Virus record (IMG/VR): IMGVR_UViG_2974610597_000001 | Source of the DNA: Escherichia virus ESCO5 | Lineage: Duplodnaviria > Heunggongvirae > Uroviricota > Caudoviricetes | Length of the DNA: 64,000 bases | Strand: one strand, 5' to 3' | In this document: piece by piece, positions 27,160 through 36,414 of the stretch | Layout of the letters: each line of letters begins with the position of its first letter | Position numbering within the stretch: position 1 is the stretch's first letter | Translations under genes and position numbers: made by a program | The notes under the pieces: generated by a model | The model's input: only the letters and a program-made list of their open reading frames with translations | What the model was told of the DNA's origin: nothing | Database searches by the model: none

Positions 27160-30100
27160 ATGGCAACATTCCCAACATATCCAGCAACGTCTCTCGAACA
27201 GGGCGTAGACCTGGTTATTTTCTCATCTAACCAACTCCATGATGTTATTAATGGAAGTGCTACAGAGAGTATTGAAACAGAATCAGGGTTGATACCAACC
27301 CTGAGAAAATCCCTTGTTGACAACTTTTTCTTTAAAAGCCCATTGGATTGGGCGCAAGGCACAAACGAAACAGTTTTTAACCAACTACGTTATTTTCAGA
27401 ATGGGGTATTGAGCGGTTATTATTATGCTCCTAATGCTACATTGGTAAACCCAATTCCTATGCAAGGGACTCCAGTAGGAGATAACAACTGGGTATTGTG
27501 GGGACTGAAGACAGAACAACTAGCAACAGAAGTCACCCCTTGGGTATATTCTGGTGCAACTGGTTATGAAACAGTAATCAGTCCTCCCTACATCTTTGAT
27601 AGTGCTATTGTTACAATCAATGGTGTTATTCAGGTTCTGGGAGAAGCTTTCCGCATAGAAGATAGTAAAATCATTTTATCTGAACCTTTGGGACATGATC
27701 CTGCAACAGGACTGCCAAACAAGCTTTTTGCCTATATTGGTAAAATCGTAGCTTCCGCAGATACAGATCCTAACTTAGAAAACCGTCTTGTCAGTTTAGA
27801 AACAAAAACTGAAGAACTGACAGAAAACATGGATAAAGTACCTTTACAAACTATTGCTCGTAAATACGGTTTGTTGGATGACGAAGTAGCTTACGCAACA
27901 GCGGGTCAATCATTAACAGGGATTAAAGCTCTGTATGATCCGGTAGCACAATCTTCCTACACATTGCCTCCTAACATCACAGGGACTTTAACATCTTTGT
28001 CTGTTTCTGGAGTAATGACTTATTCTGGCGGATCTGTAGATCTTTCTGCATTAGCTGTTGAACGTGGACAGTTTGTTCATTTGCCTACAAGCTTTGGTAA
28101 TAATGTAACTCTGACAGCTAAAAATCAGACGATTGGGCGTGGCGCTGGTCGCTATCGTTGGGCGGGAAGTTTACCAAAAAGTATTTTAGCTTCTGATACA
28201 TTGGAAACAAGTGGTGGATTAGGTCCAAATGCATGGGTTCTAACTAATACAGAAGGACTGTTAACCCCTCGTGGTGGAACATACAACGATTTATTCGATG
28301 TTGTCCGCTTATCAGAATTTGCTAACAATACAACTACCTATACCACACCAGAAGCAGCTTTCCAGGCGGCACTGTTAGCAGCAAAAGCTTCGAAAAGTAA
28401 GATTCTCGACGCTTACGGTTGTGATATGACTTTCACGACAAGCTCTTTTGATATTCAAGATATCACTTTGCGTGGGGGTGTGTTCCGTGGTCAACGCGAT
28501 TATCGTGTGCAAAATGCTACAGTAGAAGGCACAACTTTCCGTAACTCTCGTGTTATGTATTGGGGTGGTGCTGTGCGCATGTTCGATTGTTTGTGGGACG
28601 GTGCTCCTCGCGCAGGTCAAGTTGGTAGCTTGGTATTCCAAGGAAACCCAATATCAGGTACTTTTGAAATTGATAATTGTACTTTTAAAAACGGGTTATA
28701 TGGCATCCTTCAACAAGGAACAGGGGAACCAGTAACACGCGGTGTCTTCCGTAACCTTACCTTCATGGACATGCAAGGTGATGCAATAGAACTGAACGTC
28801 ATCAATAAACATTATGATGATGGTTGTGTGATTGAGAATATTTACCTGTCTAATATTGATGGGACTAACGCTCCTATTCCTCTGTCCAACTGGGGTATCG
28901 GTATTGGTGTGGCTGGTAAAGGACCATATGGTTACGGAATTCCTGATGATCAATATTGCAAGAATATTACAATTCGTAACGTTTTTGCAAAACGTTGTCG
29001 TCAGATTGTCCACGTAGAAGTTGGTCGTAATATTTCTATCGAAAACATTCATGGCGATCCAGATCAAACTGTATCTGTTGGGACAGGTTTGGCAACTGGC
29101 GCAGTTGTAATGTATGGAAGTAAAGATTTTACGATTGATGGTGTTTACGGAGAGCCTAAAACAGACGGTAGCACACTTGCAAGTAATATCCGTATGATTT
29201 ATTTGGAGTGGGGAACTAACGCAGTTCTGGATGAAGAGGGCAATCCGGTAGTTCCGGCACAGGGCAGACCTTCAAACCCATGCTTTAACTATTCTGTTCG
29301 TAACATTCACACCAAAACTGGGCGTGTTTTTGCAGGAGTTTCCGCTGGGCCAGGTTATGAAAACAGAGTCAGCTTTGAGAATATCCATTGTGCTGCGTTG
29401 CAGTTGTTCGGTGTAGCTTCTTGGCTTTCAATGTCTAACATCACCTGTAATATCTTTGATTGTGTTGGTCAACCTGAATCTGGTCCAGGGACATTTTATG
29501 ATGGATTCTTCCGTAGAGAAAAATCTGTTCTTGAGATGGTTAACGTAAACTGTTACCCAGATGGCAAGACTATGGTTACTGGTCGCCCACAGTGGAGCCG
29601 TTGCCGTTACTCTGATATTCATCGTGTCAACTGTAATGTTGAAGCTAATATGTATACCAATATCGCAGGTGGTATTGGAGCTATTGTAGGGACAACTGGC
29701 AAAGTTTATTACTTAGAGCCTAACCCTAGCCGAAACATTGATGGGATGCATTTCCCAACAGGGAAGGAGTTTGACAAAGGGGATATGATAGTCAAAGCGG
29801 ATAATACGTTCTTCCTTGTAACAACAAGTGGGGCATACATTCCAGATATCCCAGCTTTCGGTATTCGAGCTACACAAGCAGGAGATACCTTCCTGACACA
29901 GAACTTGACTCCTAATGGGACAGCAACAAACGCTTCTTGGTTGTATCACTATCCTCTGTCAGCAGGAACACGTATCCGTATTCCTGGTGCTGGTGTAGGT
30001 GGAGCAGATTTGGACACAGTTATTACTCGTGCACCTTATCAAGATAATGATACGTGGACTAACCCAGTTAAAATAGACATTGCAGATCCAATTGTAACGC

Positions 30101-30213
30101 CTACGAGTGCTGGAGTTAGAATCAAAACCATACCTAACGATTCTAGTAATGTTTCTGTAGGTAATACTGCGGTTATTCGCCCAACACCAGTGGTAGATGT
30201 GCCAACAACCTAA
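27160..30213 (+). CDS. tailspike with parallel beta-helix depolymerase domain
   Basis: 1017 aa; central region has repetitive beta-helix rungs (NCTFKNG, NITIRNV, NISIENIHGD). Confidence 0.55.
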   Translation: MATFPTYPATSLEQGVDLVIFSSNQLHDVINGSATESIETESGLIPTLRKSLVDNFFFKSPLDWAQGTNETVFNQLRYFQNGVLSGYYYAPNATLVNPIPMQGTPVGDNNWVLWGLKTEQLATEVTPWVYSGATGYETVISPPYIFDSAIVTINGVIQVLGEAFRIEDSKIILSEPLGHDPATGLPNKLFAYIGKIVASADTDPNLENRLVSLETKTEELTENMDKVPLQTIARKYGLLDDEVAYATAGQSLTGIKALYDPVAQSSYTLPPNITGTLTSLSVSGVMTYSGGSVDLSALAVERGQFVHLPTSFGNNVTLTAKNQTIGRGAGRYRWAGSLPKSILASDTLETSGGLGPNAWVLTNTEGLLTPRGGTYNDLFDVVRLSEFANNTTTYTTPEAAFQAALLAAKASKSKILDAYGCDMTFTTSSFDIQDITLRGGVFRGQRDYRVQNATVEGTTFRNSRVMYWGGAVRMFDCLWDGAPRAGQVGSLVFQGNPISGTFEIDNCTFKNGLYGILQQGTGEPVTRGVFRNLTFMDMQGDAIELNVINKHYDDGCVIENIYLSNIDGTNAPIPLSNWGIGIGVAGKGPYGYGIPDDQYCKNITIRNVFAKRCRQIVHVEVGRNISIENIHGDPDQTVSVGTGLATGAVVMYGSKDFTIDGVYGEPKTDGSTLASNIRMIYLEWGTNAVLDEEGNPVVPAQGRPSNPCFNYSVRNIHTKTGRVFAGVSAGPGYENRVSFENIHCAALQLFGVASWLSMSNITCNIFDCVGQPESGPGTFYDGFFRREKSVLEMVNVNCYPDGKTMVTGRPQWSRCRYSDIHRVNCNVEANMYTNIAGGIGAIVGTTGKVYYLEPNPSRNIDGMHFPTGKEFDKGDMIVKADNTFFLVTTSGAYIPDIPAFGIRATQAGDTFLTQNLTPNGTATNASWLYHYPLSAGTRIRIPGAGVGGADLDTVITRAPYQDNDTWTNPVKIDIADPIVTPTSAGVRIKTIPNDSSNVSVGNTAVIRPTPVVDVPTT

Positions 30214-30221
30214 TGGAAATA

Positions 30222-30245
30222 GAGAGGGGGATTCCCCCTCTTCTT
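30222..30245 (+). terminator. hairpin terminator
   Basis: GAGAGGGGG, ATT loop, CCCCCTCTT. Confidence 0.5.
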
Positions 30246-30277
30246 CCAATAGAATGGTCTAATAATAGGAGAGATAA

Positions 30278-32302
30278 ATGAATTTAACAAGACCTAATAG
30301 TGCGATAGCCGATCTAGTAGAAGCTACTTATCGAAAACGTCGCAGTTTTGAGGCAGGTTTTACATTACGTAATTCCCGTGAAGTTTTGCTGTTAGCGGCA
30401 GAAGGGAATTATTACCAATGGAAAGGAACTTTTCCTAAAGTAGTTCCAGCAAACTCTACGCCAGCCACCACAGGTGGTATTTCTTCCCTTGCATGGCAAA
30501 GTGTTGGGACCGCTGATGATATAGCAATTATCAATGCCAAGTTTACGGCAATGCAGCAACAGATTGATGATCTGTCGGAAACAATACCTGAAGCTGGTAA
30601 ATCGGCTTATCAGATCGCACTTGATAATGGTTTTGTTGGAACAGAAGCACAATGGCTTGCTTCTTTGAAAGGGGATACTGGTGCTCAACTTAATATTAAA
30701 GGATCATTAGCAAGCACTAGTGAACTACCATCTACAGGTAACGTAGCAGGTGATGGTTATATTGTAGGAGATGTAATCTACGCTTGGGATGGGGCTGTTT
30801 GGAAACTTATCTCTTCTCTTGGGCCAGAAGGGAAATCAGCTTACGAGGTATGGTTAGCAGATGGTAATACAGGATCTGTTTATGACTTTCTTGCCTCTAT
30901 AAAAGGTGATAAAGGAGACGTTGGTCCTACAGGTCCACAGGGTGCACCTGGTGTCAACGCTAATGGTTTTGATTACCGTGGAGATTTGCCTTCTACAAGT
31001 AACTTACCACAACCTAACTCTGAAAACGTAAGCCAAGCTTATTCTATTAATGGTAATCTTTATGTCTCTAATGGGACAGCTTGGGTCAACATGGGTAATA
31101 TTGTTGGTCCTCAAGGTCCACAAGGTGAGGCAGGTAAAGACGGTCTAGATGGAACAGATGGAGACGAAGGGAAATCTGCATATCAAAGTTGGCTGGATGC
31201 TGGTAATGAAGGGACAGAAGTAGATTTTATTGCCTCACTTAAAGGTCCAAAAGGAGACAAGGGTGATCAAGGAGAGCGAGGTCCACAAGGTGAACTAGGT
31301 CCACAAGGACCAGTGGGTGCAACAGGATCAGGTTTAGAGATTATCGGGGTTCTGAACAGCGAAGCTGAACTTCCTCCTACTGGAGAAGTAGGTGATGCAT
31401 ATAAAATTAATAATGATTTGTATGTTTGGGTTCAAGATGCTACAGAATGGATGAATGTAGGCAGTCTTGGAGGAACATCAATTACAGCTAAAGGTCATGT
31501 TCCGAACAGTGAAGCTCTCCCTGTTTATAATAACTACGGTGATGCCTATTTAACTGAAGACACTAGTAATCTTTACATCTATACCTACGATCAAGACACC
31601 AATTCCGCATCTTTTGTTGACATGGGAAGTATTAAAGGCGACAAAGGTGAAAAAGGGGATAAAGGAGATAAGGGTGATCCTGGAACAAACGGAACCAACG
31701 GTACTGATGGGACCAACGGTAAGGACGGCGCACAGTGGTTTGTAGCAACAACTAATCCAGTCACAGGAGACGGTGTTATCAATGATTACGCCTTCAATAC
31801 TACCACTGGAGCAGTATTTAAGAAAACAGATTCTTCTACGTGGACACTTATAGGAACTCTTCCTAGTATACCAGAAGCCCCTCAAGACGGCTTGACGTAT
31901 GGTCGTTCTGATGGAAACTGGATCGAAATATCAGGATCAGATCCTACGGAAGCTATAACACCAACTAGAGTTACAGCAGGTTTCATGGAACTTGAAACAA
32001 CTACTGCCAACTCTGGAGCATCTTGGACTCCTTCTGGAACTTCCAATATGTATGTTGTTACAGTAACTGACGCTCTGACAGTTGGAGCATGGCCTGGTGT
32101 CACTGGCTCTACAAAACCTAAAGCGTTTTCAGCAATGATTTATTTGATTCAAGATACAACGGGACACACGGTTACACTAGATGCGTCTTATGGAGCACTA
32201 AATGATACAGAAATAGCAACTACTGCTAACGCAGTAACAATTTTGCAATTAACGTATCCTGGTGTGGGTGATATCGTGGACATGGTTGTTGTAACACGAT
32301 AA
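30278..32302 (+). CDS. collagen-like tail fibre protein
   Basis: 674 aa with four Gly-X-Y tracts, three copies of a GKSAY..WL..G..G...DF.ASLKG motif, and four copies of a ~40-aa LP.TG..GDAY...LY.W...W...G motif. Confidence 0.7.
   Translation: MNLTRPNSAIADLVEATYRKRRSFEAGFTLRNSREVLLLAAEGNYYQWKGTFPKVVPANSTPATTGGISSLAWQSVGTADDIAIINAKFTAMQQQIDDLSETIPEAGKSAYQIALDNGFVGTEAQWLASLKGDTGAQLNIKGSLASTSELPSTGNVAGDGYIVGDVIYAWDGAVWKLISSLGPEGKSAYEVWLADGNTGSVYDFLASIKGDKGDVGPTGPQGAPGVNANGFDYRGDLPSTSNLPQPNSENVSQAYSINGNLYVSNGTAWVNMGNIVGPQGPQGEAGKDGLDGTDGDEGKSAYQSWLDAGNEGTEVDFIASLKGPKGDKGDQGERGPQGELGPQGPVGATGSGLEIIGVLNSEAELPPTGEVGDAYKINNDLYVWVQDATEWMNVGSLGGTSITAKGHVPNSEALPVYNNYGDAYLTEDTSNLYIYTYDQDTNSASFVDMGSIKGDKGEKGDKGDKGDPGTNGTNGTDGTNGKDGAQWFVATTNPVTGDGVINDYAFNTTTGAVFKKTDSSTWTLIGTLPSIPEAPQDGLTYGRSDGNWIEISGSDPTEAITPTRVTAGFMELETTTANSGASWTPSGTSNMYVVTVTDALTVGAWPGVTGSTKPKAFSAMIYLIQDTTGHTVTLDASYGALNDTEIATTANAVTILQLTYPGVGDIVDMVVVTR
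30596..31730 (+). repeat. in-frame coding repeats (collagen-like triplets and tail-fibre repeat modules)
   Basis: Seen directly in the translation of 30278..32302. Confidence 0.7.
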
Positions 32303-32305
32303 CAG

Positions 32306-32330
32306 AAGCCCCGAAAGGGGCTTTCTTTTT
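32306..32330 (+). terminator. rho-independent terminator
   Basis: AAGCCCC, GAAA loop, GGGGCTT, then TTTCTTTTT. Confidence 0.7.
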
Positions 32331-32343
32331 ATGGAGGGTTTAA

Positions 32344-35016
32344 ATGTTTCCAATTCCAATATTTACTATTATGACCAGCACTGGTGTCGTTCCTCTGCCA
32401 GCAGGTATTGTTAAAAAAGTAATCACTCTAGATTACCCAGATAATGCTGGCAATTCTAATAGCAGTTTAGCAATTTTGCTTAATGATGGTAGATTGTTTA
32501 CTCAAGGCGCAAACCTTTTTGGTGAGATTGCAGATGGAACTCGTAGTGCACGATTCAATAATTTCCACTTAGCTTCTACTGTAGTAGCGGATGTGTTTAC
32601 CGCAGATCGTTGTTTTGTTATTAAAACTAACAGTGGGGGATGGCAATATTCAGGATTGACAGCAGGGTTGGTAGGATCTATAGCAGCAGGTGGTACGGAT
32701 GCATGTGTAACTACTTGGACCAGCTTTCCATCTGTAATAACAGGGACTATCTCTTTAGCCAATCTTAAAGAGGTTAAGGGAGGATATAACAACACTCTCT
32801 GGTTGATGAATAGTGGTGTTCTTTATGGATCAGGTCAAAACACAGTAGGCAGTTTAGGTGCAAGTACTACTAACGAAGTTTCTACTCCTCGTCAGATAAC
32901 AAGTGCAGCAGTTGCTTTTGATGCAGGTTACAACCAATGCTCTTATGTCAACAATGTGGGAACCTTGCGTGTTTGTGGGGCTAGTAAAGGTTTAGCAGGT
33001 AATAATAACACAACAACAGCTTTTGTCAATGCCAAGATATCCGCTACTGAAACAGTGTATGTCAAAGATTACATCAATACAGTTTCCCAGACAATAGTTG
33101 TAGGAGATACCTCCGGTGGCACGGGTACAGTAAACTACTTATATGTTAGATCTAATACAGAAACAACCTACACTAAACTGGACACCTTTGCAGCAGGTTT
33201 CTCAACATGGAAATTTCCACCAAGCCGCCACTCTTTTTTCGTTGGGATCAATAATTCCTTGTGGGCTATTGGTAAGAACTACACTGCAAACTTAGGTTTG
33301 GGGTATGATTCTGCGAGCGGAGATCCACTCCAAGTGGGAAAACCAGTTAAACCTGAAGGAGTGGGTTCCTGGGATATAAACAAGCTCACAAGCGTTCATA
33401 CACTGAATATGGATGTTACTAACCAATTAGGTTATCAAGGAACCTTTTTCGTTTATAATGGAGATATGTATTATTCAGGTATTTGGAAAGATGGGAAAGC
33501 CTCGTATCTGTTCAATAGTGGTCTAAACTATAATAAATTCACACCAATAGCAAGCTCCGTGATTACAGGGGATGTTCTGGCAACTGGCTTAACTACAGAT
33601 TCTTTAGGAATTTGTATTGTAGGTGGAACTAAACAGTTGACACATTCTGTTAGCCCAGAAGGAGGTAAACTTTTCAATATTAAATACACTTCTTCTGCCC
33701 CTGCAAACATGACAATATCATCTACTGGTTTAATGACTTTCCATGCAGAAGGTGGTTTTGATGCAGGTATGACAGCCTTAAACGCTGAAGGAACAATTTT
33801 ATCAGATACCTCTGGAGGATATGCTTCAACATTGAGTGTTTACACCCCTAGCTTATCTGCGATGGATGTAGGAACAACACAAACAATGGTAGCAGAAATA
33901 ACACCAACAGGAGCAGCAAGCTTACCTGATATGGTTGTTGAGTATACAACTACAGATCCTAATGTTGCTACAGTAGATCCTACAACTGGTGTAATAACTG
34001 GTGTTGGTGATGGTGGTTGTAGGATTGGTTGCACAGCTACGTATCAAGGTGTTGTTACCGCTTCTGATAGTTCTTATTTAACGGTGAATGCTGTTGCGGG
34101 AAAGGAGTTAGCTCCATCTCCGAGTAGTAGTTTAACGGTTCTAAACGGATATTTCAACCACTCGGCAGATGGGGCAATTACGTTCCCAACTTTATCGGGT
34201 ACTGTTACACCAGCTAACTTTGTAGTTAAGGTGGATGACGTTGTAGTTCCTTCAAGTAAAGTAATATTTAGAAACAAAGCTTTCTCTACAGTGGATAGTT
34301 ATCCAGCAGGAGAATATAGACTGGCTATTGAATTTGCAAGTGCTTCAGTAGTTAATAGTGTGGAAGTGTCTATGGAAGCAAACCCAAGTCTTTTAGAACT
34401 TTGGGGCGGTAATAGAATCAGTTATTCTACAAGCCCAGCCTCACAATTCTTAAAAGGTTGTGCTAACTTAAGACGAATAACTTCTGATTGTTTTAGTAAC
34501 ACATCTTACACCGGAACATCTATAAGCGGTATCTTCTCTGGCTGCACAAGTTTGACAGCTATCCCTGAAGGATTATTCAGTGATGCTTTATTTCCTTCAA
34601 TGACAACAATGTCAAGCACGTTTGAAGGTTGTACATCTTTAACATCTATTCCTTCAGATTTATTTAAGAATCTGTCAAAAGTTACAAGATATTCTTACAC
34701 CTTTAAAGATTGCACCTCTCTTGCAGAAGTTCCAGCAGGAATGTTTGATAATATTCCAACGAAAGTGACCTCTTTAACAGCTACATTCCAAGGTTGTTTA
34801 GGACTTACAGATTTTAATAAGATCTTTAATGACAACCCAGGGTTAACTGTTTGTGGTAAACGTGGAGCATTATCTTCTTTCTTTAGTGGATGCACAAATC
34901 TTACAGGAACAGGAACAACATTAACAAATACATTAGGCGGAGTAGCTAATAGTTACCTATTCAGGTATTGCACAAAACTTTCTGATTATAACAACATTCC
35001 TTCCGGTTATAAATAA
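32344..35016 (+). CDS. tail fibre or receptor-binding protein with Ig-like (Big_2-type) domain and C-terminal BspA-type leucine-rich repeats
   Basis: 890 aa; Big_2-like segment (TTTDPNVATVDPTTGVITGVGDGGCRIGCTATYQGVVTA); five or six C-terminal F.GCTSLT.IP..LF repeats. Confidence 0.55.
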   Translation: MFPIPIFTIMTSTGVVPLPAGIVKKVITLDYPDNAGNSNSSLAILLNDGRLFTQGANLFGEIADGTRSARFNNFHLASTVVADVFTADRCFVIKTNSGGWQYSGLTAGLVGSIAAGGTDACVTTWTSFPSVITGTISLANLKEVKGGYNNTLWLMNSGVLYGSGQNTVGSLGASTTNEVSTPRQITSAAVAFDAGYNQCSYVNNVGTLRVCGASKGLAGNNNTTTAFVNAKISATETVYVKDYINTVSQTIVVGDTSGGTGTVNYLYVRSNTETTYTKLDTFAAGFSTWKFPPSRHSFFVGINNSLWAIGKNYTANLGLGYDSASGDPLQVGKPVKPEGVGSWDINKLTSVHTLNMDVTNQLGYQGTFFVYNGDMYYSGIWKDGKASYLFNSGLNYNKFTPIASSVITGDVLATGLTTDSLGICIVGGTKQLTHSVSPEGGKLFNIKYTSSAPANMTISSTGLMTFHAEGGFDAGMTALNAEGTILSDTSGGYASTLSVYTPSLSAMDVGTTQTMVAEITPTGAASLPDMVVEYTTTDPNVATVDPTTGVITGVGDGGCRIGCTATYQGVVTASDSSYLTVNAVAGKELAPSPSSSLTVLNGYFNHSADGAITFPTLSGTVTPANFVVKVDDVVVPSSKVIFRNKAFSTVDSYPAGEYRLAIEFASASVVNSVEVSMEANPSLLELWGGNRISYSTSPASQFLKGCANLRRITSDCFSNTSYTGTSISGIFSGCTSLTAIPEGLFSDALFPSMTTMSSTFEGCTSLTSIPSDLFKNLSKVTRYSYTFKDCTSLAEVPAGMFDNIPTKVTSLTATFQGCLGLTDFNKIFNDNPGLTVCGKRGALSSFFSGCTNLTGTGTTLTNTLGGVANSYLFRYCTKLSDYNNIPSGYK

Positions 35017-35019
35017 GAA

Positions 35020-35046
35020 AAGGAGCCATTTGGCTCCTTTCTTTTA
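35020..35046. terminator. bidirectional terminator between the convergent modules
   Basis: AAGGAGCC, ATTT loop, GGCTCCTT, flanked by an A-tract upstream and T-tract downstream. Confidence 0.7.
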
Positions 35047-35072
35047 TAAAAACTCTTTATAAATCAATAAGA

Positions 35073-35960
35073 TCAGAACGGAATATCATCATCGAAGTCC
35101 ATCGGAGGTTCTTCTTGATTACTTGGAGTTGGTTCTGGTTGTGGTTCAGGCTTTTTAACTTCTTTCTTCTCTTCTTTCTTAGGTTGTTCTGCGGAACCAC
35201 GAATGGCAGCAGCAACTTTATCAGACAGAGCCAGAACTTTACGAGCAGAATCAATCAGATCTTCTACAGATACAGTCTTAATGGTATGGTCTTTACAAGC
35301 ATTAAGGATAGCGTGACCAACAGATGCCCCAAGATCATAATCATTAATATCAACGCCACGAGATTCAGCAATTTCAGATTTCAGCGTGACAGTTGCAGAT
35401 TGAACAACCCCAGCGATATCGAAAGCATCGCCTTTAACACCATTACGAATCAGTTCCAGTGCACCATTTACTGCGTGACCAGTTTCCAGACCTACAGTAT
35501 CACGTTTTTTATAGGACTGTTTAGGAGCAGCATCGTTGGAACCTTTATTGCCAGAAGATTTGTTAGACTTCTGAACACCATCGGTAGACAATACTGTAAT
35601 ACGAGATTTTTTAGTATTGTAGTAAGTTTTACCGCCTTTATTATCAACGCGATCAATATCAATACTTACTTCTACACCTTTTTCAATAGTGATCCAGTTA
35701 TCACCTTCTTTGACTTGCAGGTTTTCATAACCTTCTTTCAGTTCAATGTCACCAAGAGAAATCCAAACACCTTTCTCCTCTGGTTTAGCACCTTTCTCTT
35801 TCAGAACAAGAGAAGCTCGGTGAGTTGAAACAATCGTTTTTCCTTCCCAATGAAAAGTTTTAGGTTCAGCGAATTTATCCAGTTTAACGTAGTCTACGAT
35901 ACCAGTTGCATAAGTTACGGTTTTGCCTTTACGATCAGTTTCAGTATTAATTACGGACAT
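35073..35960 (-). CDS. single-stranded DNA-binding protein-like, with E. coli SSB-type C-terminal tip
   Basis: 295 aa ending in PSNQEEPPMDFDDDIPF, nearly identical to the E. coli SSB tail; N-terminal body is not a canonical SSB OB fold by eye. Confidence 0.55.
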   Translation of the reverse strand: MSVINTETDRKGKTVTYATGIVDYVKLDKFAEPKTFHWEGKTIVSTHRASLVLKEKGAKPEEKGVWISLGDIELKEGYENLQVKEGDNWITIEKGVEVSIDIDRVDNKGGKTYYNTKKSRITVLSTDGVQKSNKSSGNKGSNDAAPKQSYKKRDTVGLETGHAVNGALELIRNGVKGDAFDIAGVVQSATVTLKSEIAESRGVDINDYDLGASVGHAILNACKDHTIKTVSVEDLIDSARKVLALSDKVAAAIRGSAEQPKKEEKKEVKKPEPQPEPTPSNQEEPPMDFDDDIPF

Positions 35961-35976
35961 TATTATCTCCTCTATA

Positions 35977-36369
35977 TTACATTAATTTTGCACAGAAAGA
36001 GCGGAGTCTTTCCATATCATCTTGCTCTAACAGGTATTTACCTTTACCTATTCCAACTCCAATTTCACCGTTAGGGAAATGAACTATTTGCACTGGAAAA
36101 CCTCCGAGTTTAATTGTGGCAGCTTTGCCTTCTTCGTCTATAACGTTTCGGATTGTATCTTGCAGTGAAATGAATTCTTTGTTTGTAACAGTGGCTTCAA
36201 TTATTTCAGAGGTTTCAACACGAGCCGTTAGCTTCTTGTCTCCACCTTGAATAATCAAAATTTGAAAATAAAAAGAGTTGTCAAGACCTACAACATTTTT
36301 CTCAACTAGTGTCAAACTGGTATAATTTCCATAAACAGTTTCAACAGCTATTTTAGAACGTTCAGTCAT
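35977..36369 (-). CDS. hypothetical protein
   Basis: 130-aa ORF with ATG start and AGGATAG upstream. Confidence 0.45.
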   Translation of the reverse strand: MTERSKIAVETVYGNYTSLTLVEKNVVGLDNSFYFQILIIQGGDKKLTARVETSEIIEATVTNKEFISLQDTIRNVIDEEGKAATIKLGGFPVQIVHFPNGEIGVGIGKGKYLLEQDDMERLRSFCAKLM

Positions 36370-36414
36370 TGAATGCTATCCTATCATAAAATGTTTAATA
36401 TTGTCAAGCTTTAA

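Noticed and set aside
30596-31730. Possible CRISPR array or non-coding repeats
   Set aside because: The periodicity is Gly-X-Y triplets and protein repeat modules inside one long ORF; there are no spacer-like unique segments. The 99-bp repeat at 56248-56445 has only two identical copies inside a gene.
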